NCBI GenBank assembly: GCA_023436115.1
Contig: JAEZKQ010000026.1
Coordinates: forward strand, 129,023 to 193,022
Reading direction: 5' to 3'
Source of the DNA: Bacillota bacterium
GTDB lineage: Bacteria > Bacillota > Clostridia > Christensenellales > SZUA-584
DNA: 64,000 nucleotides
The position numbers and the translations under genes are program-made. The notes beneath the pieces were generated by a model. The model was not told the origin of the DNA. It searched no databases and saw only the letters and a list, made by a program, of their open reading frames with translations. Positions 8,067-16,800 of the stretch are shown here, one piece after another. Numbering within the stretch: the first letter of the stretch is position 1; each line of letters opens with the position of its first letter.

Positions 8067-9194
8067 TTAGTGTACAAGATCGTACCAGTTACCCCACCCG
8101 CCATTAGCTTGTCTTCTCCATCTTGGCAAGCCCGCTATGTTGAGTGGAAACGCAATAATGATATTCCAAATGTCATTATGTCTTAACCAAATAAAGTAGT
8201 ACCAATCTCCCGACGGTGCGTTGGGACAACCGGAACCCATATAAAAACCCGTATTTTTATTTGCCAAGCAATCTTGTCCTGATATATTGATACAAGATCC
8301 TTGTCCAAAAGATGGGGAGTTTGCTATTCCCGAACTGTTTGCATAACCTGCGCTCCCTGAACTATTTGAATAATTCGAGCTGTTGGCATAGTTAACCGAA
8401 AAATTTGATGGATTATACACATACATATTCGTACCATCATTTCCACCCCACAGCCAGGATGGCTGACCGCCCTGACCGGACCAATTCCAGTTTTTATTAC
8501 ATGATGCCGATGTTTTTATAAACGATGATTCGTGATATCCATCAAGCTGATCCGCATCCAGCCCGCTGCCAGCACCATCATTTCCTTTGTGCCATATGTT
8601 TCTTATCGATATGCCGCTGTCTTTAAGTTTGTTGCCGTCTGTGCTGTTAAAAACAGATATATTATCGAGGGCAGATATAGATGGGCCTGCAAGACCTATT
8701 TTACTGCTGACAATGCCGCACATTGCTGTATCAGTTCGTTCATCGGTTATATAGGCCATTACGATTTCTGCCGCACCGGCCGGAACAAGTATCCTTGCCA
8801 AGCTGATTTCATAAACCGCATCCGATCTCTCTAAAGCAGGGGGGACTGGGCTTGAAGCCGCAGCACCTTTTTTTATATTGATATCAATATTTTTACTCAC
8901 ACTATCTTTTCGTAAAACAATGCGGTCAATACGTGGTAAATTTTCAGCGTTATCTAATTTAAGTGTTAGTGTATTTACACCATCTTCAGTTACTTTAAAT
9001 AAGTATCCGTCTACCATTGCGGCACCGTAACCCACACTGACATACATTGCGCCATACGGTTTAACCTCAAGATTTGATCCAAACTCCCATACACCTGATG
9101 ATAGGAAGCGTCGGCAATACTCAGCAAGCCCATCCGCCTCGTATCGTTTATCTGTCATGGACCCTTTATAATATCTTCCTTCCAAGAACGCCAT
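8067..9194 (-). CDS. Tail fibre / receptor-binding protein paralogue 2 (shared N-terminal anchor, distinct C-terminal head)
   Basis: It has the same N-terminal domain as 6661-7713. It then carries GNDGAGSGLDADQLDGYHESSF, a fibre collar-type motif, followed by an Asn/Ser/Gly-rich low-complexity segment and a Trp/Cys-rich C-terminal domain. Confidence 0.6.
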   Translation of the reverse strand: MAFLEGRYYKGSMTDKRYEADGLAEYCRRFLSSGVWEFGSNLEVKPYGAMYVSVGYGAAMVDGYLFKVTEDGVNTLTLKLDNAENLPRIDRIVLRKDSVSKNIDINIKKGAAASSPVPPALERSDAVYEISLARILVPAGAAEIVMAYITDERTDTAMCGIVSSKIGLAGPSISALDNISVFNSTDGNKLKDSGISIRNIWHKGNDGAGSGLDADQLDGYHESSFIKTSASCNKNWNWSGQGGQPSWLWGGNDGTNMYVYNPSNFSVNYANSSNYSNSSGSAGYANSSGIANSPSFGQGSCINISGQDCLANKNTGFYMGSGCPNAPSGDWYYFIWLRHNDIWNIIIAFPLNIAGLPRWRRQANGGWGNWYDLVH

Positions 9195-9618
9195 AGATAA
9201 ACCCCTTCATATTACTTACATTTTTTCATAATAGTGCTTACCAACTATAGATATCTTTATGCTATTCTTGTCCATACAAAAACAGCTAGATACGGCAGCA
9301 TATTATTGTATACCTGATTACCGCCCCCGAGTTTATATAGTCCGCATCTTCCAGATTCAGGTTGCTTAAGGAAGTATCATTGACGATAGAACGAAGCAAA
9401 CCTGAGCGCCGGAGTGATCTGTTTTGGGCCTGACGGCAAAGGCCTTGGTATTATTTTTTTTACTCTCTGGACTACCAACTGGAATATGGAACTCATTTTG
9501 CCCAGAATATTTGGCAAACCTTAGGCTATAGACCAATATGCCGGGCGGTGGTTCGGAGTCAATAGACAATCCGTATTATGGATATCTTATCAATATCTTC
9601 TAAGTGCTATTAATGTTT

Positions 9619-11277
9619 CTAGACTTGTTTGACTATATCTCTAAGCTGCTCAATTGCCTGTCTCAGCTTAACCCGGTTCACACCGCCGCCTATCACTGAC
9701 GGGTTTATCCATGCCACACTGATATCAGAATTGCTATTGCTCGTGTCCCATCCGTTTATGCGGTCAATTACGCCCTGTAATGCGGTTTGCATTTCTGTGA
9801 TGAATACCGCATTACCAATCTTTGAGGCTCCAGCATGACACGCTGTCCATGAGACCGCATCCAGCCCATAAGCCGCCCTTAAGTTCCCTATGGCTACTTG
9901 CAGGCTGCTTATATGTACCGCCTTAATCTTCATGCCCGGAATTGTGAGATCACCATCTTCGGGTACAAATGCCAGCACATTAAATGAACGGATTACATCA
10001 GAAGAATAGAGATACGAATCATACATCCTGGACTTGATGTTTACAGTTCCGGCTGTCAATTCAGACAACGGCTGATAGACGACTTTCTGACCTGATGCCA
10101 AATTGGCATTCGCTCCGCACGAGAAACCCGATACCGTTGCCGTCGTCTTCTCGGAGCCATCATTTAAGCACAGAATATGTTTTGGCCCGTCATTCGTTGT
10201 CCCTGCTGCAAGTAAAATATGCGGTCGCTTATTGTATACTTTGCTCCCAGCAGCAGGAAAGCTGATTTCAGGTGAATTTGGTGTAGTATTCAGCGTTACC
10301 ACAGTGGTGAAAGAAGACCATGGGCTCCTTATTCCATAGGCATCATAGCTGCGAACGCGGAATCGGCGTTGTATGCCCTGAGGCCACCCGCTTGTGTTCA
10401 CATCAACAAATGTAGCAGCGCCGGAAGCAGAGTTTCCCACAATCGTCTCGTTTTGGTCTGTCGCCGCTTCAAAGCCCACAAGATTATTGTCGGGATCGCC
10501 GGTGTTAGCAAACGATACACGGATGATATCGCCGGGAATATAAGATGTTTTAGGTACCCCCGGACTTGTCGGCTGATTGGGAATACGGTTCTTAGTCACA
10601 GCATTGGACCAGCCAGACCAAGGATTATCACCGCGCTGCGTCACCGCCATAACATAAAAATCAACGATCGTACCTCTTCCCCATCCTGATACATCGGGCG
10701 TCCAGCTTGTCGTATTACCCACATCAGCTAAATTCTCACCGCCATAATTGATCCTGTAATAGACACGATAAGTCTGTATGGCGTTATTGACACCCACTGA
10801 AGCCGGCCCCCACGAAAATGTCACTCTGTTTTCGTATGGATTGGGAGATAGCGAAGGACTATATGGCGCACCGGCACGTGTCCAGTAAAGCGACCATCCA
10901 AAACCGAATTCCGTACAATAATTTCTGTTTGTCCAAATACAAGACTCCGTACCGGAAGTGCTCGTCTGTATATACAGATTCCATCCTCCTGAAAGCGTTG
11001 TTCCCACATCAAACGCAATAACAAATGAGCCACTATACGTTTGACTGGAAGACCATGCCTGCGAATTTTTTATTATTCCGCTGCCCAGTAATACACCATC
11101 GCTCCGATAAATATATAATGTTCTGTTGTTTGAGGAGCTTGAGCCATTACTCGTCCCACTGCCTAATTTGACAGACCAGTCAACACGTGCAGTCACAGCG
11201 TTGCCCGAACGACCAACTTCATAAACATTGACCGTCATCGTCGTATTTGACGTTGTGTTGCTTCTAAATGTTGGCAT
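9619..11277 (-). CDS. Tail/baseplate peripheral protein with fibronectin type III-like repeats
   Basis: 552 aa. Repeated about 90-aa segments show FN3-like patterns (e.g. RVTFSWGPA...YRVYYR...W..W). The start overlaps the upstream stop as TAATG. Confidence 0.55.
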   Translation of the reverse strand: MPTFRSNTTSNTTMTVNVYEVGRSGNAVTARVDWSVKLGSGTSNGSSSSNNRTLYIYRSDGVLLGSGIIKNSQAWSSSQTYSGSFVIAFDVGTTLSGGWNLYIQTSTSGTESCIWTNRNYCTEFGFGWSLYWTRAGAPYSPSLSPNPYENRVTFSWGPASVGVNNAIQTYRVYYRINYGGENLADVGNTTSWTPDVSGWGRGTIVDFYVMAVTQRGDNPWSGWSNAVTKNRIPNQPTSPGVPKTSYIPGDIIRVSFANTGDPDNNLVGFEAATDQNETIVGNSASGAATFVDVNTSGWPQGIQRRFRVRSYDAYGIRSPWSSFTTVVTLNTTPNSPEISFPAAGSKVYNKRPHILLAAGTTNDGPKHILCLNDGSEKTTATVSGFSCGANANLASGQKVVYQPLSELTAGTVNIKSRMYDSYLYSSDVIRSFNVLAFVPEDGDLTIPGMKIKAVHISSLQVAIGNLRAAYGLDAVSWTACHAGASKIGNAVFITEMQTALQGVIDRINGWDTSNSNSDISVAWINPSVIGGGVNRVKLRQAIEQLRDIVKQV

Positions 11278-11882
11278 TATTGATACACCGCCCCAATCAC
11301 CTTGTTGGCTGTCACTTCGTTAAATGTCGGACTGTCTGAGGTCTTAACTCCCTGATCAATATGATTCCTCACTGAAATAGGCTCAATTAAGCCACACACG
11401 CTGTTGTCTGTCCTCTCATCAATGACCTTATCAACCGCAATGCTCTGTACACCTGGTTCAACTCTTATTTTTGCGAGCGACAGTTCATAGATGTTGCCTT
11501 CCCGTGTCAATACCGGCGCAACCGGGTTTCCCGATGCTTCTCCGTTTTTCACCAAAAGGTTAATTGAGCGTCCGGCAACACTCTTGTCTAGCCGCAAAAC
11601 AACCCTGTCGATACGACTTAATGACTGGTGTGGCTCAACGATAGCCATTGCTTTCAAACCACTCTCATCATCCCTCAGCCAATATCCGTAACCTTGCACA
11701 ACAGCGGCACCAAAATTCACATTGACAAACATGCCTGTTCCCGGTGCCGTTACAGCAAGATTTGTTCCCATAACGGGAACTCCATCCGTTAAAAATGTAC
11801 GGAAAAACTCCGCAAAATCGTCTGCCTGGTACTCTCGGTTATCATCTGCATAATCAAAAAAACGGCTCTCTTCCAATGCCAT
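11277..11882 (-). CDS. Fibre anchor-domain protein (paralogue 1; N-terminal domain only, 201 aa)
   Basis: MALEESRFFDYADDNREYQADDFAEFFRTFLTDGV...QGYGYWL...RIDRVVLRLD...VIDERTD aligns with the N-termini of the 375-aa and 350-aa proteins. It has TAATG overlaps with both neighbours. Confidence 0.6.
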   Translation of the reverse strand: MALEESRFFDYADDNREYQADDFAEFFRTFLTDGVPVMGTNLAVTAPGTGMFVNVNFGAAVVQGYGYWLRDDESGLKAMAIVEPHQSLSRIDRVVLRLDKSVAGRSINLLVKNGEASGNPVAPVLTREGNIYELSLAKIRVEPGVQSIAVDKVIDERTDNSVCGLIEPISVRNHIDQGVKTSDSPTFNEVTANKVIGAVYQ

Positions 11883-13015
11883 TATCGAACAACTCCTATC
11901 TTTCTAATTTCATCAAGCGCATTTTTGTTGCGCTTTCCAAACGTAGGTTTAATATCGGTTTTTCCCTTTTCGTATACTTCTTTCACTTCGGTTATCTGTA
12001 CATCAAGTTCAACCCCAGATTTTTGGCTCTGTATTGTTACATAATCCCCGAGTTCCCAGTCTTTCTGGTATGTAAACGGACCGGCCGTCACAACATCCCC
12101 CGTCAAGCCTCTAATTCGTGCTTTGTCCTTGAGCTTATACTTGCCTTCATAAAGCAGATCATTAATCATCTCAACACTACCACAATCCAGCCATGTTTCA
12201 CGTCTTTCAAAGCCTGTTCGTGTCACGTCATTTTCATAAACCGTATGTATTAAACGCCCTTCATTCTCTCCGGCACCGCCTGCATATCCTGTATTCAGCC
12301 ATTGATTGATATCCTCTGAATACTTTATTCCGGATACATTTCCCCAGGCAGGTGCGAAAATAACCGGAGAACCACCACCCGCCGTATGATCATTTCCCTC
12401 AATCACATCAAAAACAAAACACTCGTTTTCCAAGTCTAGTCTTATCTCGTATCCTATACCGGTTAGTTCGCCGATGTCCTTAAACACAGTACTGAGCGGC
12501 TCAAATCTGCTCTGCCATCTCAATCCCTGACCACGCATCCGATCGTCAGCTAGAGTCAGCCTTGGAAACACTCTGTCCGTATTATCCGGACTAACCATAT
12601 GTCGGTCTACGTAATGCTTAATCACACTCTCAGCCGGTTTGTCTGGTTCGTTTACTCCAGGAAAGCGGTCATAGCCAAAATATTGTGTATCCTCAAGCTG
12701 ACCGGGAACTGTCAGCCGCAACAGGCAAAGGCATTTGAGTTCCTTGCCTTTTGCAATCACTTCAGTACCATTGTTGTTTTCCTGCACCTCATAATAATCC
12801 ACAATGCCAGCTCTGCGTCTATCAAGAAATACAATGGATTCAGGAGTGAGCTTGTTTGCATCACGGTGGTTTAAATCAATGTGTATTTCAAAAGTACCAA
12901 CTTCCCAGAGTTTTCGTGTCCACTGAATGCTTGAAGCGTTGTCAATGTATGCAAGCGGTGTAAAGCTGGTGTCCATCACTCTCAATACCGCCACGATCAC
13001 ACACCTCCAAACCAC
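11882..13015 (-). CDS. Tail-associated (Tal-like / siphovirus Gp37-like) baseplate hub protein
   Basis: The position immediately after Dit and the size (about 365-377 aa) fit a Tal N-terminal-type protein. No lysin domain was recognised. The start is uncertain: GTG 13015, GTG 12994 or ATG 12976. Confidence 0.5.
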   Translation of the reverse strand: MVWRCVIVAVLRVMDTSFTPLAYIDNASSIQWTRKLWEVGTFEIHIDLNHRDANKLTPESIVFLDRRRAGIVDYYEVQENNNGTEVIAKGKELKCLCLLRLTVPGQLEDTQYFGYDRFPGVNEPDKPAESVIKHYVDRHMVSPDNTDRVFPRLTLADDRMRGQGLRWQSRFEPLSTVFKDIGELTGIGYEIRLDLENECFVFDVIEGNDHTAGGGSPVIFAPAWGNVSGIKYSEDINQWLNTGYAGGAGENEGRLIHTVYENDVTRTGFERRETWLDCGSVEMINDLLYEGKYKLKDKARIRGLTGDVVTAGPFTYQKDWELGDYVTIQSQKSGVELDVQITEVKEVYEKGKTDIKPTFGKRNKNALDEIRKIGVVR

Positions 13016-13866
13016 GGCGTAGTCGATATACTGATTAGAGATGTTTGACTGTCATCACCCGATAGATATTGAAGACGGTTCTCACCCGGATCCAGCATGA
13101 ATAATGTACTACTTAAATCAATATAACCTATCGCCGTTTCCACAATGCCGCCCGTACGTCTTATTGTCACTCTTGGATTGCCCGGTGTCGTATCAATGTG
13201 CAAGATGTCTCCCTCGTACAATTCACGCTTAACTCGAATGTATTCACCGGTACGGATTTTCAATATTTCCGGCTGCGATGATGGCCCGGATATTTCAATT
13301 TGCATAGCCGCCGGACTATCTCCACGGTTCCATATTGACGTTTTATACCCGCGCGCACCAAACCGGACCTGGCCAAGCCTTAACGGAAATCGCAAACCGC
13401 CGCCCAGATATGCCATACTCGCCCGTTCACTAATCATACCGCGCCAGTACGGATTAGGGCAGTAAAACACCAGTTGATCGCTTTTCAAATAATTAGCAAT
13501 ACGTGAACTTCCCTGCGGCCCGCGTTTCACCACCGCCGGTATCCACCATGTCCCAAAATCATTTGTATACTCAAGCCGACCCATATCTCCGTCCCTGTTG
13601 AGTACCGGGCTTAAAATTGAAATGAGCTTTAGCTTATTTTCATACATTTCTTTTCTCGTTGAGCCTTTGATATTGACAGTCAGCGTAATCTCTCTGGCAT
13701 CAATATAAAGGCCGTTAAATGAACTTCCGTCCAGCTGTGCCGGCTCCGATTTCATGATCTGTACATCTTCCGTCCCGATACCGCTGATTTTTTCCAAAAT
13801 AAAAGGCGGGGCTTTAGAAAACACCACCTCTTTACCTTTTGGGTTAATATACCTGACTCTTTGCAT
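12997..13866 (-). CDS. Distal tail protein (Dit; Sipho_tail family-like)
   Basis: 289 aa directly downstream of the tape measure gene. The N-terminal pattern resembles phage tail family proteins. RBS is GGAGGTGG. Confidence 0.6.
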   Translation of the reverse strand: MQRVRYINPKGKEVVFSKAPPFILEKISGIGTEDVQIMKSEPAQLDGSSFNGLYIDAREITLTVNIKGSTRKEMYENKLKLISILSPVLNRDGDMGRLEYTNDFGTWWIPAVVKRGPQGSSRIANYLKSDQLVFYCPNPYWRGMISERASMAYLGGGLRFPLRLGQVRFGARGYKTSIWNRGDSPAAMQIEISGPSSQPEILKIRTGEYIRVKRELYEGDILHIDTTPGNPRVTIRRTGGIVETAIGYIDLSSTLFMLDPGENRLQYLSGDDSQTSLISISTTPWFGGV

Positions 13867-13881
13867 TCATTCCACCTCCTG

Positions 13882-16800
13882 TCACATCTGCGAAATTTGT
13901 TCCAGCAGTCGTTCCAGCTCACGTCTTATCTCAGCCGGGCTTTGCGTGGTCTCAGTAAAGTAAAGATTCAGTGTAGGTCCCACATTCGTCACCGGGCCTG
14001 TCGGTGCAGGAGACTCTTGAGCTGTCGGGTAACCATGTACCGAATAATACTGTTCAGCCGCTGTTGTAGCGACATGTGCAAGCTCTTGTTGATAAGTCGT
14101 CAAGCTAGATGTCAGGCTGGCAAACCACGCTTCAATATCACCCACCCGGCTCATAAACCCGTCAACAAGCTGATCGCCCAACGTCTGCCCTGTCGCGTTG
14201 TACTCAGGTGCAAATTCCTTAAGCAGATTGATGATATCTGTCTGTCCACTTTGCATCAGCATCTTCTGCGCCTCAGCCCGCAGGTTCTGTTCTTTTTCCA
14301 ACTCTTCATAGTAAGCGTTATTAGCATCGATCTTATCCTGAAGCTTTTCCTGCTCGGTTTTTACCGTTTCATTCACAGCATCAATCTGTTTTTGCAAATC
14401 AGCTTTCAGAGCATCACGCTCCTTCTGAACAAGCCAGTCGTCTAGCTCCTTTTGCGATTTTACGATTTCTTCCTGTAGTTTTCTCCGGTTATAGACATCC
14501 TGCTCATAAAGCAGTTGCTGTTCCAGCATAGCGATCTTGCGGCGTTTTTTGGCTTCTTCCTCCGCATCACTTTCCTGCTTTGTGAGTTCATCCAGCGCAT
14601 CAATTTGGCGCTGTATCGCTGCTACCTGTTCATCGCCCCATGTCTGCCATGCATCGATAGAATCGTTGAGCGTCTTTTCTTCCATCTCACGCTGCGCTTC
14701 ATACCGTTCTTGCAATGCGGATACGATGGCGTCAGAAAGTCCGTTCAACCGATCAATATTCTGCTGTCTTATCGTCTGTTGAAGGTCATAAAGCTCCTTC
14801 TCCAGATCAATTCTATCCTGAACGCCTTCCTTATAAGACGCTATCATTTTCTTGAGTTGGGCTTCCTGCTCCGCCAGCGTCATCTGTCCATAATAAACTT
14901 TTAGGTCATATTCCTGACGCTCCAGCTCTCTTGCAGCCTCGTATCGCTCCTTTTCAAGATCACGCCTCGCTGTCGTTCCTTCTTTATAGGAGGCAATCAT
15001 CTTGTCCATAGCTGCAATCTCTTCACGCAGTGTCAGCTGATCCATGGCCTTTTGGTATTCAAGCTCTTCCTCGGCAAGCTGCTTTCTGAGCTCATATAGC
15101 TTTTCCGTCAGTTCACGCTTTTCATCAGTCGTCTTGGCATACTTGGCCAATATACGCTCAAGATTGGCGATCTCTTCTGCCGTTGTCACCTGACCCATCG
15201 CTTTATTATGCTCCAGCAGTTCTTTCTCACGTTCAAGCGCTTTGTTCTTTTTGGCGCCACCGCCGCCGCCCCCACCGCCGCCGGTTAATTTGGACCCAAA
15301 CGGGCTTTTGTTGTTAAACGTAACTTTTCCATCACTGGATACATTAGCTGACGGTATACTGTACATGGCTATCATCGCGTCAATAGCAGATTTGGTGACA
15401 TCATCAGCACCAGCTCTCAAGTTTTGCAACTGTGCAACCATAGAGGACGCATCCCCAGTGAATTCCACTCCTACAAATTGTCCGAGTGTTTGCAATAATG
15501 AGCTGTAATAATCCTCTTCGTCCGAAATGGCATCTGCAATCAACCCCGAATTACTCTCAATATCACTGGCAGATACTCCAAATTGCTCCGCAAGATAATT
15601 TAAAGCCTCAGTATATTGATCAGACGCGTCAGCACCTTGCTCAACAATACTTAAAGCAGACTTTGATTTCCCCAAGTCCCCCATAGATTTGCTGATATCG
15701 CCAATAGCTTTGGTGGCATTCTTTCCGCCGCTTGCCAAATCTTCAAAAACTGCATCTGCTTTTTTAATGTTTTGCGTTTCTCGCTTTGATGATTTACCAA
15801 CAACTTCGATCTTTTCTCTTGTTTCATCGAGTGCATTGTTAAGGTTAGTCTTTAAAACCTTTTTTAGACTTTCGCTAGCTGCATTCATCCCATCAACACT
15901 GTTAATGGCCGCCTCAAGCGCAGCTTCATAGTTCAATAAAGCTCCCGCCCCTCCCTCGTCGGCTGCAGCAGCGGCTTCTTCCAAATTACCGAACACATCA
16001 GAAATCGCAAACCCCGAAAGATCAAATCCTGAAAACAGTTCATTAATTTGTGCCTTTTTATCAGCTATCGATGTGGTGTTACTATCAATCGTTGTAATTG
16101 CATCTTGAAGTATCAACTGAAGCGACGTATTCATTTGAGCGCCGCTGGAATTCAGAGAATCAACTATACCAGAAAGCATATCTATCTCACCTAAGCCACT
16201 GCCTTCACCAGCAGCGAACATAGAAAGCAATTGTTCTCTTATGGCCTCTCCAGTTGGAAGATCGGCCTTTGAAACAACAGAATCTAGATTGGTATAAGCA
16301 TCAAAGACTTTTTGAGCTGCAGCTGCTGCCTCTTCAGCCGTACTTTCACCGTTAAATGCTTCATCCATCTTTAATTTCATGACTTGTTGAAGTGCTATTG
16401 GAACATCCTGACCACGGTTTCGTATTTTTAAAACCATCTGATTAAACAGATTATCTAAAGCAACCTGGCCTTCAGCTTTGGCATCTTCGATACCCGCCAT
16501 AGCCTTATCGAGATTTTCCTGCCAGACACTTATTGTATACTGCATATCTTCCATAGCCTGAGAATCTGGGGCAGCATCTTTATACTGATCACCAAAAACT
16601 ATGGTAGGATCTTCTATTCTGCTTTTCCAGTAATCTTGATCATTTTCAAAACCTTTTATTTTATTGACAGAATTATTGACAGTATTTTTCTCAGCGGCTT
16701 CATTTTCTCGCATTTTACTCAACATCAGTTGTTCCGATAATGCAAGCTGCTCTTTCATGGTATCAAGATTGCCTGCAAGCAGCCTTCCTTCTTCGTCAAT

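Noticed and set aside
9366-9569. 67-aa minus-strand ORF in the 424-nt gap of the tail operon
   Set aside because: It has no RBS, an atypical composition and no similarity to the neighbouring phage-type proteins. The gap is kept as non-coding and reported separately as unexplained.
6430-11882. Diversity-generating retroelement or invertible (shufflon-like) fibre switching
   Set aside because: No reverse transcriptase, no template/variable repeat pair and no recombinase or flanking inverted repeats could be seen. All fibre cassettes are on the same strand and are diverged paralogues.
15256-15282. G/C-rich run as a possible phase-variable homopolymer
   Set aside because: It is a mixed GGC/GGT/GGG triplet run encoding Gly9 in frame, not a mononucleotide tract. 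Any slippage would be in-frame.
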